Source: Ignicoccus pacificus DSM 13166 (GTDB lineage Archaea; Thermoproteota; Thermoprotei_A; Sulfolobales; Ignicoccaceae). From it: 32,000 nucleotides of DNA. The notes below the pieces were generated by a model that was not told the DNA's origin, searched no databases, and was given only the letters and a program-made list of their open reading frames with translations. Both the position numbers and the translations under genes were made by a program. The stretch spans positions 1,410,001 to 1,442,000 of the forward strand of contig CP006868.1 in the NCBI GenBank assembly GCA_025340205.1. Reading direction: 5' to 3'. This document shows, piece by piece, positions 1 through 8,677 of the stretch (position 1 is the first letter of the stretch; each line of letters begins with the position of its first letter).

Positions 1-132
1 CTCAAGATGAAGCACTTAGCGTTTAGTTCATCTGCTATCAAAAATATGTTCTTAATGGGACCCATATAGATTTCCTTGGCCTTCCCCCTACCCTTCCTCT
101 TCCTCTTAGTGCAAGATGTAATAACCAAAACT

Positions 133-888
133 TTAGAAGTCGGGCTCAACTCCCTTTGCCCTTAGTAGCTCTCTAGCGAACCAAGCGAATCCCTTTCCAG
201 CTGGCTCAGGAGCTACTATGTCGGCCTTAGCCTTAAGCACGTCTTGGGCATCTCCTACAGCTACCCCGACTCCGGCCTTTACTACCATGTCCAAGTCGTT
301 CTCAGCGTCTCCGACGGCCGCCACCTCCCTCATCTCAAGCCCCAGCTTCTGGACTACCCTCTCCACCCCAGCTCCTTTTCCGCAAGTGGAGGGCATCACA
401 TGAACTGCGTGTCTGCTCACCATTACAGCTATTCCCTTCTTCAAGTAGCCAAACTCCTCTAGGATCTCTTGGGCCTTCTTGGTGTCCTCCTCCGTGGTCT
501 CCCCGGTAGGGGAGTTCAGGGCGAAGTCGCACCTCCTCCAAGGGTTCTGCCAAGAGGGAGTCCATCCCTTGACGGACCATATCCTCAGCAACACGTTGGC
601 TGCCTCCTTGGCGAGCGAACAGAGGCCTTCGTCCACTACTAGCTCCTCCCACTTGAAGTCGCCTATTCCACAGCCGTTCTCGAAGACCACGGGGGCGGAG
701 GTACCCAAGTACCTCTTCAACGCAAGTACTATAGGCCTACTGTTTCCGCTTACCAATATCACCTTTATTCCGTTCTTCTCCAAAGCCCTCAGCGCCTTTA
801 TGGCATCCACATCCAGTAGGAATGAGATTCCTTGGGTGAGAGTTCCATCCACATCAGCGGCTACAGCCTTCACTTGCGACAAGTCCAC
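133..888 (-). CDS. Phosphoglycolate phosphatase-like HAD hydrolase (archaeal type)
   Basis: 251 aa; HAD motif I ADVDGTLT, VILVSGNS motif II region, GDAENDLDM motif IV; size and architecture match archaeal PGP family. Confidence 0.85.
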   Translation of the reverse strand: MDLSQVKAVAADVDGTLTQGISFLLDVDAIKALRALEKNGIKVILVSGNSRPIVLALKRYLGTSAPVVFENGCGIGDFKWEELVVDEGLCSLAKEAANVLLRIWSVKGWTPSWQNPWRRCDFALNSPTGETTEEDTKKAQEILEEFGYLKKGIAVMVSRHAVHVMPSTCGKGAGVERVVQKLGLEMREVAAVGDAENDLDMVVKAGVGVAVGDAQDVLKAKADIVAPEPAGKGFAWFARELLRAKGVEPDF

Positions 889-1472
889 CTCTCGATCACC
901 TCCTTGAGCTCGGAGTAGAGGGGGTGTAAAACGAGAGCGGACTTCCTTACCTCAGCCCAAGAGTCCCTCTGGGTTATCGTTACCAAGTACCTCCTCTTCT
1001 CCTCGTTTATCGGTGCCACGCTAACCGCCTTGTTGCCCGAGGTGAGGACTATGCCGTTCACCTTCATCTTTCCGAGGAAGTCTCCCTCTACCTCTCCCAT
1101 ATCACACAAGCTCAGCTCGTCCTCAACTACCGCCACTATCTCTCCCATCTCTATTTCATCCTCTTTCATTCCAACCTCAGTTATCATGGCTATCATTTCC
1201 GATACATAGTCCTTAAAGTTATCAAATCCTCCGAAGATCGTCAAGGACAATGCGTCGGGGGTTACGTAAACCTTGTACGCCGGGATCTCCGGGGGCTCGC
1301 CGGGCTTGATGCCGATGAGGCCGGGCTCTGGAGCCAAGATCTCGAAGGTTCCGTCGGCTTTGGGGAGGACCTCGGCGCTCCAGAACCCGTTCTTCGCCAA
1401 TTCCTTGCTCAGCAATGGTAAGTCCAAGGGCCTCTTGAAGTACATAGTCAACCTTACGCTTCCAGAGACCAA
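870..1472 (-). CDS. Hypothetical protein
   Basis: 200-aa ORF immediately upstream of and slightly overlapping the HAD gene on the same strand; start may be the internal Met at about 1445 (MYFKRP). Confidence 0.7.
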   Translation of the reverse strand: MVSGSVRLTMYFKRPLDLPLLSKELAKNGFWSAEVLPKADGTFEILAPEPGLIGIKPGEPPEIPAYKVYVTPDALSLTIFGGFDNFKDYVSEMIAMITEVGMKEDEIEMGEIVAVVEDELSLCDMGEVEGDFLGKMKVNGIVLTSGNKAVSVAPINEEKRRYLVTITQRDSWAEVRKSALVLHPLYSELKEVIERWTCRK

Positions 1473-1579
1473 CTTAACACCGCTTGACCTCCGCGAGGGG
1501 GTAGATAAGGCGCTCTGAGGAGGAGCTCCATGTACGTTAAAAATGCTCCTTTTCGCTCAACCTTTTGAAGGTAGGTAAA

Positions 1580-2701
1580 ATGAGGAGGTTCGCCCTCTAC
1601 CTCTTAGCCGCTCTCCTCCTACTGCCCCTCCTCCAAGCTGCTAGGCCAGCGGGACCAGTGATCCTCGTTGACCTAGCTCACGGAGAGAACACCAGGGGTC
1701 TCTGTCTGTTCATGAAGATGATGCCCGAGGCCTATTGGGAGATCCTAGTACCCTCCAAGAACTACCAACTGCCTCCGTGCTCCGTCAAGCCCTACAAGGT
1801 ACTGGTGGGAGACTTCTCCTCTAGGCAAGTGGTGGAGGCTCTCAAGGAGGTAGACGCCGTGATCATAGGCCAGCCAACTCAGTACTTCACTAAGGCTGAG
1901 CTCAAGGAGATAGCCAACTGGTTCAAGTCCACTCCCGGAAAGGTGCTCTGGTGCGCTGGCGACAGCGACTATCCCGCTCAAGGAGGAAACATGGAGGTAG
2001 CCGACCACGCTTGTGATGCCGTGTTTGAGGCCGTTGGAGCCAAGATAAGGTTGGACTTCGTGAGTGTTGAGGACGTCAACAGCAACGCCGGAAGGGCCTA
2101 CAGGGTAATAGGAATAGTGAAGCCCGATCCTAGGTACGACGCCCAGATAATTGCCTACGGCGCTCACAAGGTCCTATTCCACGGACCCGGAGCCGTGGCT
2201 TGGGTTGACAAGAACGGCAACTGGCACAAGCTAACCGACCCCAATACCCCCAAGAACATCATCAAGATAGTGGTCACCAGTAACGGAGGAAGGATCGTGG
2301 AGCACCAGCCGGTGGCTCCCGGCGCTCCCGGTGAGTTCGGAAAGGCCCACCACGTGGGAGAGACCGGAGTCTTCGTCCTAATGGGAGCCGAGGTAATAGG
2401 CAACAAGCCTCCCTACAGCGTGATCATAGCCAGCGGTGAGAGCCCCTACGGAGGCTACCAGCCCATGGACACCTTCCGCTATCACGGAATACCTCTGGAC
2501 GGGCCCAGGTTCGTGAGGAACGTGATGCTGTGGAGCCTGAGCTATCCTGCTGAGCTCGGAATAGCTCAGCAGCTCAACAACAACATAATGCACGTTGAGG
2601 CTCAAGTAGCCAAGGTCGCTCAGATAATGCCGGTGACCTACGCCGCTGTGGCGATAGCGGTGATAGCCTCTGCCTTAGCCCTCTTCGCCATCCTAGGCTA
2701 A
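1580..2701 (+). CDS. Predicted secreted/membrane-anchored protein, possibly GATase-like extracytoplasmic domain
   Basis: N-terminal signal sequence (MRRFALYLLAALLLLPLLQAARPAG), long extracytoplasmic domain, C-terminal TM (VTYAAVAIAVIASALALFAILG). ORF track starts at a TTG at 1565; ATG at 1580 fits the signal peptide better. Confidence 0.75.
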   Translation: MRRFALYLLAALLLLPLLQAARPAGPVILVDLAHGENTRGLCLFMKMMPEAYWEILVPSKNYQLPPCSVKPYKVLVGDFSSRQVVEALKEVDAVIIGQPTQYFTKAELKEIANWFKSTPGKVLWCAGDSDYPAQGGNMEVADHACDAVFEAVGAKIRLDFVSVEDVNSNAGRAYRVIGIVKPDPRYDAQIIAYGAHKVLFHGPGAVAWVDKNGNWHKLTDPNTPKNIIKIVVTSNGGRIVEHQPVAPGAPGEFGKAHHVGETGVFVLMGAEVIGNKPPYSVIIASGESPYGGYQPMDTFRYHGIPLDGPRFVRNVMLWSLSYPAELGIAQQLNNNIMHVEAQVAKVAQIMPVTYAAVAIAVIASALALFAILG

Positions 2702-2973
2702 CTCTCTTTTTATTTCAACTTCTCACTTTATAACACAATATTCCTCAATGTATCTCTTTAGCGTGCTTACAAAGTTGCGGGATTGAAGGTCTGCAATTCT
2801 CGCTCCAATTGAGTGGATAAACGTAGTAGCCTTTGTTGGTAGGAAGAAGGCATCTGACATTTCCAAAGGTGGAAACGCTATAACGTGTGTGGATCACAAG
2901 AGCTCCTTCCTTCTTGAGCCTCCTTACATGCATCGAGACGTACCTTATTTTTCTAAACGCCTCTGTACTAAGG

Positions 2974-3285
2974 TTAAAAAATCTTTACCGATCTGTCGAA
3001 GCAACCTTTAAACTTTTCAACTAATTCCTTGACGTTATGGGGTCCGAATTCTAAGAAGATTAAACAAGGCACCTCAACCTCGCCATTCATTCCTTTCGTT
3101 TTGTAGGATAGTAAGAGGACTAAATCACATATAGCATCCTCTTGTATGAAAAGAAAGGCTTCTGGGTCAATCATGAAGACGAATCTACCTCCTTCAAAAC
3201 CTATACTGTACATTGATCCATTCTCTTCTACTTGAATTGTTATGTTTCCATCCGCCGAGGCCTTAGCCTCTATTACACTCTTCAC
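2974..3285 (-). CDS. Hypothetical 103-aa protein, partner of upstream AAA ATPase
   Basis: Start codon overlaps the stop codon of the ATPase gene by 4 nt (ATGA, 3282-3285), implying translational coupling. Confidence 0.7.
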   Translation of the reverse strand: MKSVIEAKASADGNITIQVEENGSMYSIGFEGGRFVFMIDPEAFLFIQEDAICDLVLLLSYKTKGMNGEVEVPCLIFLEFGPHNVKELVEKFKGCFDRSVKIF

Positions 3286-4496
3286 GCAGACCTCACCTCA
3301 TCGGACGACACTTCAACTAGAGAAGCCAGCAAATCCTCCAAGACCTCGGATATCGAGGGACTGTTCTCAATGTCATCCAAAGCGTATCCTTTAAATCCTC
3401 CATCTCCAAAATGATAAACTTTAATATTAACACGTCTCATAGCATTAATATCTTCATTATCTGCCTCTAAGCCGTATTTACTAAGGTAAGTGACGGTCTC
3501 CTCAATACCTTTTCTAAGAAGCATTTGAGAGAGTTTGAGCTCTGCCAGAATTACATCACTATGCGAAGTTACTATCAAGGGGGTCATGGAGGCTAGTAAA
3601 CGTAGATACCATGCTATAAACCTCTGTAATGAAACATGAAGTTGGGATTCTGGCTCTTCTATTATACTCAATCTCTTCTCTTGCTGTACCAAACAGCTAA
3701 GAAGGAGCAACGGCACGTTCTCGCTAATGGAGGCGGCAACCGAATACAAATGAAAATCTTGGTTCTTATACTTGTACATAACGCCTATTTTATCTTCGAA
3801 GAATATTTCACCTTCCAAGAGAATCTTCTTCATAAGTGAAACGAAGAGCTTTCCTTTCATACACTCAGAAAGTTTTCCTTTGTATTTTGTTTCATAAACA
3901 TGAACTAACTCAGTCCATGGTAAAACGTATAAAGAGAATATAGGATCGGAGTACAAGGCCTCAAGCAATCTTCTCCGATATGTCAAAGTGAGAGGATTGA
4001 AAGAAAGGTAATAGTGGATAAAAAGTAGGAACGATTTAGCATAAGCGAGATAGGTGGAAGGATATAGACCTACTCTATCATATATTCTCTTAATGTCATG
4101 TAAGCTTACCCTTACCTTAGGAGCGCCATCTTTCCTATAGATGAGTTCTCTGAATGCTCCTCTCCCTTCTACGCTCCCTTTTTTCAAAAGAAGTTCAGAA
4201 TCCCCAATCTTCAAGGTAAATTCCGAATGTTTGAATAACCTCTTACCTTCATCGTGCCCAAACACCATCATAAATGATTCACAGAGCTTCTTGGCAAAAC
4301 CAGAGTACTCTTCACACGTCACCCCTTCCTTGTACTCAGATATGTAGGGAAGAGCAAGAACGCTATACAATAATTTAGCCACATAGCTCTTTCCGGATCC
4401 TGAAGGACCATAGAAAAGAATCAAGCTCCCCTCTCCGATCTCTAGCTTAGATCTCTGGGCAATAGGGCCCAAGGATTCTATAGTTAGCTCAATCAT
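3282..4496 (-). CDS. AAA family ATPase (predicted ATP-binding protein of the AAA_15/AAA_21/OLD-like type)
   Basis: 404 aa; Walker A GPSGSGKS near N-terminus, late Walker B-like LSIIEEPESQLH followed by PLIVTSHSDVILAEL (D-loop/H-motif arrangement of ABC/SMC-like ATPases). Confidence 0.85.
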   Translation of the reverse strand: MIELTIESLGPIAQRSKLEIGEGSLILFYGPSGSGKSYVAKLLYSVLALPYISEYKEGVTCEEYSGFAKKLCESFMMVFGHDEGKRLFKHSEFTLKIGDSELLLKKGSVEGRGAFRELIYRKDGAPKVRVSLHDIKRIYDRVGLYPSTYLAYAKSFLLFIHYYLSFNPLTLTYRRRLLEALYSDPIFSLYVLPWTELVHVYETKYKGKLSECMKGKLFVSLMKKILLEGEIFFEDKIGVMYKYKNQDFHLYSVAASISENVPLLLLSCLVQQEKRLSIIEEPESQLHVSLQRFIAWYLRLLASMTPLIVTSHSDVILAELKLSQMLLRKGIEETVTYLSKYGLEADNEDINAMRRVNIKVYHFGDGGFKGYALDDIENSPSISEVLEDLLASLVEVSSDEVRSA

Positions 4497-4615
4497 CGAC
4501 TATTCTACCATCAAATCGCACCAGAACCGCTCTTAAATCGCTTAATAGTCCAAAGAGCTCCTATCGAAGATCGTTATTTGATTGAAAGCCGTGCTATCAG
4601 CGAATTTAAGCTTCC

Positions 4616-4633
4616 TCGAGGAGATCTCCTCGA
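4616..4633. promoter_or_regulatory. Perfect 18-bp palindrome ending on the start codon of the metallophosphoesterase gene
   Basis: TCGAGGAGATCTCCTCGA equals its own reverse complement; the last base is the A of ATG at 4633; contains the likely Shine-Dalgarno GAGGAG. Confidence 0.5.
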
Positions 4634-6441
4634 TGATTGCCTTGAAGAGGTCCCTTCTCTTAGTAGCGGCCGTACTAGCAATAGCGCTAGCTTCCTGCAT
4701 AAGCGACCCCACGTGGGGAGCTCCGGCCACTCCTAATCCGGGATCGTACTTTAATCTAACGGTGAGCGGAAAGGTACTCCAAGTGACCATAACCAACGGG
4801 ACAAGAGCTTACACGTTGGAATATCAAAACGGCAAGGTATTCGTTCCCAAGAGCGTTCAACCCGGTCTCTACGACTTGATAGTGAAGACCGATCACGGAG
4901 AATGCTATCAGCACAACGCCGTCTGGGTAGTCCCAAGGAGTTTGAAGAGCCTAACGGTAATGCACTTGACCGACGAGCACTTCGGAGTTTACAATCCCAC
5001 CGGCAGGTGGGCGAGGAACTACGTTCTGGCTGCTATAATAATTGCGAATAGCGACCCTCAGGTTAACGCCATCTTCGTCACCGGGGACGTCGCGGATACC
5101 GCCATGCCCTACCAGTATCAAGAGGCAAGGTTAATACACGGCCTCTCCACGAAGCCCGTCTTCGTGATACCCGGCAATCACGACCACGTGAACCCTCAGC
5201 CCACTTTTGAGGAGTACGTGGGACCGTGGCACTGGTATAGGATAATAAACGACATCTTGGTCGTCGGAATAGACACCGGAGCTGATGGCTACATAGGAGT
5301 TGCACAAGCTTCCTTCGTGAGCAAGCTCCTAGCTAAGAACTACCCTATCAAGGTAATCTTACATCACCACCCGCTCTTCGCCTTCCTCTATGGGAAGCCT
5401 TATGTCTTCAAGGTAGACAGCTGGGAACAGCTGTTTAAGACCATGCTAAGCAAGAAGCCTGGATCCAAGTATCCCTACATTTACACAAGCTGGCTAGCCG
5501 ACGAGGAGGGATTAAAGGAGTTAGTGAAGGCTATCTACGACGACAACTTGACCCTAAGCCTAAGCGGCCACATACACCTAGACAGCTATGCCTTAGTGGA
5601 GAGACCCAACGGCTTGAAGACTTGGTTCATAGTGACCACGACCGCGGGAGGTCCGATTAGGCAGAGCGATTACCATGGCTTCAAGATAGTTAAGATAGCC
5701 AAGAACGACGTGGAGGTTTACGGCTTAGGAAAGCCGTGGAGCAGACACGCCTCCTACAGCCTAGAGGGGGCGATAGCCGATTTAGGACAGAACAACGTGG
5801 TATCCGTAGTAACGTTCAAACTAACCGATAAGAACTTAACCAAGCTCCTACCTCACCTAGTCCTAGCCGTCCCCATACCTAAGAACATGGCCGGAGAGTA
5901 CAACATATACTCTCCAGACTTCCAGAAGGTATGGTTAAGGTGCACTCCGGCCTTCTGCGTCCTCTTCGCCTCGACCAACAAGGTAATGTTAAACCACACC
6001 TACCGCTTAGCCGTCTACACGAAGGCAGACTTGAAGCCTCCCACCGTGGAAGGCCTAAAGTATCCGAAGAACGTGACCGTGGGAACTCCGATAACCATAA
6101 GCTTTAGCGCCTACGACGACGCTTGGGGCATTCAGAAGGTCTACGCAATCGTCAGCTCCCCTAGCTATAAGCTAAAGGCTACTCCAATGAGCTACGGAAC
6201 TACCTACACCTTAAACTTGCCTCCGGTTAAGAAGCCTGGAACCTTAAACGTAACCTTAGTGCTTGAGGACTACTACGGACACAAGACTATCAAGCACTTC
6301 AGCGTGGAGGTGCTAGGAAAGACCCAGCAAGCCCAGCATGTGAAGCCGAAGGCCATTCCATCGATCAACGTCCCCTTGTTGCCCATAGCTATAGGCGCTC
6401 TGCTGATACTGGCAGCGGCTGCCCTCTTCTTGCTAATATAG
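4633..6441 (+). CDS. Surface/secreted calcineurin-like metallophosphoesterase with C-terminal TM anchor
   Basis: Signal peptide MIALKRSLLLVAAVLAIALASC; motifs HLTDEHF, FVTGDVAD, PGNHDH, LHHHPLF, LSGHIHLD; C-terminal VPLLPIAIGALLILAAAALFLLI. Start at 4633 preferred over the TTG at 4582. Confidence 0.88.
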   Translation: MIALKRSLLLVAAVLAIALASCISDPTWGAPATPNPGSYFNLTVSGKVLQVTITNGTRAYTLEYQNGKVFVPKSVQPGLYDLIVKTDHGECYQHNAVWVVPRSLKSLTVMHLTDEHFGVYNPTGRWARNYVLAAIIIANSDPQVNAIFVTGDVADTAMPYQYQEARLIHGLSTKPVFVIPGNHDHVNPQPTFEEYVGPWHWYRIINDILVVGIDTGADGYIGVAQASFVSKLLAKNYPIKVILHHHPLFAFLYGKPYVFKVDSWEQLFKTMLSKKPGSKYPYIYTSWLADEEGLKELVKAIYDDNLTLSLSGHIHLDSYALVERPNGLKTWFIVTTTAGGPIRQSDYHGFKIVKIAKNDVEVYGLGKPWSRHASYSLEGAIADLGQNNVVSVVTFKLTDKNLTKLLPHLVLAVPIPKNMAGEYNIYSPDFQKVWLRCTPAFCVLFASTNKVMLNHTYRLAVYTKADLKPPTVEGLKYPKNVTVGTPITISFSAYDDAWGIQKVYAIVSSPSYKLKATPMSYGTTYTLNLPPVKKPGTLNVTLVLEDYYGHKTIKHFSVEVLGKTQQAQHVKPKAIPSINVPLLPIAIGALLILAAAALFLLI

Positions 6442-6759
6442 CCTTTTTCTTTCAGGGTACCTACCTTCCTCTCCTTTCTTAACGAAGTGTAGCTCCCATG
6501 GGAAGTACCAAGGCAATCCCCTTCTCTCCATCTCCTCCCAGAGCTTCGCCCTTATCTCAATCCTTTCCTTCCTCGTAAGCTCCCTCGGAGTAACTATCAA
6601 TATGTCCACGTCGGACCAAGCGTCGTAGTCTCCTCTGGCCACGCTTCCTACTAAGTAGATCTCAGCATCTGGTATAATTTCCTTGAGGATCTCAGCTATC
6701 TTGGGCACTATCTCCCTCCACCTTAGGAGTAACTTGAGCCTCTCCGGGGCCAAGCTCAC
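6433..6759 (-). CDS. MNT-type nucleotidyltransferase (putative antitoxin of MNT/HEPN pair)
   Basis: 108 aa with GSVARGDYDAWSDVDI, matching the GSx10DxD nucleotidyltransferase signature; GTG start. Confidence 0.85.
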   Translation of the reverse strand: MSLAPERLKLLLRWREIVPKIAEILKEIIPDAEIYLVGSVARGDYDAWSDVDILIVTPRELTRKERIEIRAKLWEEMERRGLPWYFPWELHFVKKGEEGRYPERKRLY

Positions 6760-6913
6760 CCTCTATTTTCCTAAACAGTTCTATCAACTTCTCCACAGCG
6801 TTGAAGAACTCTTCGACCTCTTCCTTGGTACATAGCGAAGGTTTGTACCTAGCCTCGTAGTAGGCCTCCTCCAATGCGCTTAAGGTACTCCTCTCCTCCT
6901 TTGCTATCTTCAT
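6692..6913 (-). pseudogene. C-terminal half of HEPN-domain protein, shifted frame
   Basis: LEEAYYEARYKPSLCTKEEVEEFF... is typical of the last helices of HEPN proteins of the HDOD/COG2250-like group; its frame is open upstream to 6985 and reads LEVLGKDELAEEVMKIAKEER. Confidence 0.6.
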
Positions 6914-7158
6914 AACTTCCTCTGCAAGCTCATCCTTCCCAAGTACCTCAAGTTCGTGTAGAGGTCGGCTAATAGCTCTCTGATCTCATGCGTCTTCCTC
7001 TCGCCTATTCCCATCCTGTAAAGCAACGACTTCAAGTACAGTAGTAAAGCTTGCTCTAAATGGAAGGCATCTAGATCGTAGTACCCGCTTTCCATGTCAA
7101 GCTTGGCATCTCCCAACAAGCGGGGAGCCCTCCTCTTTAGGACCTCGTGAACCTTCAT
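6910..7158 (-). pseudogene. N-terminal half of HEPN-domain protein
   Basis: YYDLDAFHLEQALLLYLKSLLYRMGIGERKTHEIRELLADL matches the HEPN N-terminal helices; truncated at 6910, overlapping the next ORF by ATGA. Good SD (GGAAGAGGT) before the ATG at 7158. Confidence 0.65.
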
Positions 7159-7229
7159 ACCTCTTCCAATTTCTTCGAAGAAGTCTAAGCTATTACTCCT
7201 CGCCCGCTTCCGATCAAAGGGGCTAATAG

Positions 7230-7799
7230 TTGATAGACAGGTACATAAAGCTTAGGTATGGCTCAAAGTTCAAGTTCAAGTGTACGAGACAAGGGTACTG
7301 CTGCAAGGGAGGACCCAACGTCTCCCTCACTATCTTTGACGTGGTGAGGATAGCTAAGTACTTGGGGAAGCACTGGAGCGAGCTAATACCTACTTACATT
7401 AAGGTAATAATAGCTGACATGGTACCCTTCCTAAGCCTGAGGGGGATAAGGGACGAGTGCATCTTCTTGAGGCATAACGAGGACGGAACCGTGTGGTGCG
7501 AAATTTACCCCGTGAGACCCATGAGGTGCAGACTTTACCCGCTGTTACCCTCCGCCCCTGGCTCAGACGTGGTCTACTTGGATCCCAAGTGCCCCGGCAT
7601 AGGGAGCGGTCCCGAGAGGGAGGTTCCTAAGGAGGCCTTCGAAAAGTACTACCAAGAAGTTAGAGAGCATTACAAAATGATCATGGAAAGAGTACTCGAT
7701 AGGGGCATGGAGCCTAGAGAGGCCTTGGAGGACGCCTTGGAGGAAGTTTGGGAGAGGTACAAGGAGGAGGACTTGAGAGGATTAGAGCTTCCGCCTTAG
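7230..7799 (+). CDS. YkgJ-family cysteine cluster protein
   Basis: Cys pattern QGYCCKGG...CIFL...CEIYPVRPMRCRLYPLLP...CPGIG typical of YkgJ zinc/iron chelating domain; TTG start. Confidence 0.8.
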   Translation: MIDRYIKLRYGSKFKFKCTRQGYCCKGGPNVSLTIFDVVRIAKYLGKHWSELIPTYIKVIIADMVPFLSLRGIRDECIFLRHNEDGTVWCEIYPVRPMRCRLYPLLPSAPGSDVVYLDPKCPGIGSGPEREVPKEAFEKYYQEVREHYKMIMERVLDRGMEPREALEDALEEVWERYKEEDLRGLELPP

Positions 7800-7853
7800 C
7801 CCTTTCTCTGACGGATCACTCCCTTTTAATCATCCCCTCCCAACTAGCTCAAG

Positions 7854-8582
7854 GTGAAGAGCGTGAAGGTAGTAGGGCTGCTGGCCTCTCCAAGGAGGTA
7901 TGGGTCTTCGTTTAAGGGATTGATGCTGGCGTTGAAGGCCGCTGAGAGGTTTGGAGCGGAAACGGAGTGGTACCACTTGTATCAAATGGACATCAAGCCT
8001 TGCTTAGGTTGCGTCTCAGAGGACATAAAGGCTTGCAAATACCCATGCATAATAAAAGACGACATGAAGAAGATCTACGACGCCTTGGTTAACTCAGACG
8101 GATTCATAATAGCGACTCCGGTCTACTGGTACTCTCCCAGCGGAGTCATGAAGAACGTGATAGACAGACTTACCGCCTTGGAGAACATGATTCACATAGA
8201 CGGCCACAGCTGGCTCGACGGTAAAGTGGGAGGCTTCATAGCCACCGGAAACGATTCCGGAGCGATGTTTGCTATAGCTCAACTCATGAGCATAATGAAC
8301 TCCATGGGTGTAGTGATACCTCCGTGGAGCATGGCCTATACTAACGAGCTCGGAGATCCCTTAGAGAACAGCGCCTTTGTGACGGACTCCCTCAACGTAG
8401 GAAGAACCGTTGTAATGATGATAAAGGCTATGAGAGGTGAGAAGGTGGATAGATGGTATGATCCAGAGCTCTATGATTGGTACGAGAAGGAGTTAAAGGA
8501 GTGGTTAATCAACTTGGTAAAGGAAGAAGAAGCCAAGGCAGAGAAACCTTGGAAGGACCCTAACTGGCTCAACTCCAAGTAA
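7854..8582 (+). CDS. Flavodoxin-fold NAD(P)H-dependent FMN reductase / iron-sulfur flavoprotein-like
   Basis: VVGLLASPRRYGSS, IKPCLGC...CKYPC, GFIIATPVYWYSPSGVMKNVIDRL, GKVGGFIATGN motifs. Confidence 0.85.
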   Translation: MKSVKVVGLLASPRRYGSSFKGLMLALKAAERFGAETEWYHLYQMDIKPCLGCVSEDIKACKYPCIIKDDMKKIYDALVNSDGFIIATPVYWYSPSGVMKNVIDRLTALENMIHIDGHSWLDGKVGGFIATGNDSGAMFAIAQLMSIMNSMGVVIPPWSMAYTNELGDPLENSAFVTDSLNVGRTVVMMIKAMRGEKVDRWYDPELYDWYEKELKEWLINLVKEEEAKAEKPWKDPNWLNSK

Positions 8583-8677
8583 ATTACATAAATGGAGTTA
8601 TTTGAGAAAATCTAATTACGTACATTCTTTCATAGGCCTTTTTAGTATTTCCTAATGCTCCCTTCTAGGAGGTAACG

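Noticed and set aside
479-907. 142-aa plus-strand ORF
   Set aside because: Antisense to the HAD phosphatase gene, Ser/Pro-rich composition typical of a shadow ORF.
2745-2933. 62-aa minus-strand ORF downstream of the 103-aa gene
   Set aside because: No recognizable motif or clear ribosome-binding site; it could belong to the cassette but evidence is insufficient.
4582-4632. 17-residue N-terminal extension of the metallophosphoesterase in the ORF track
   Set aside because: It would bury the signal peptide; ATG at 4633 directly begins a canonical signal sequence.
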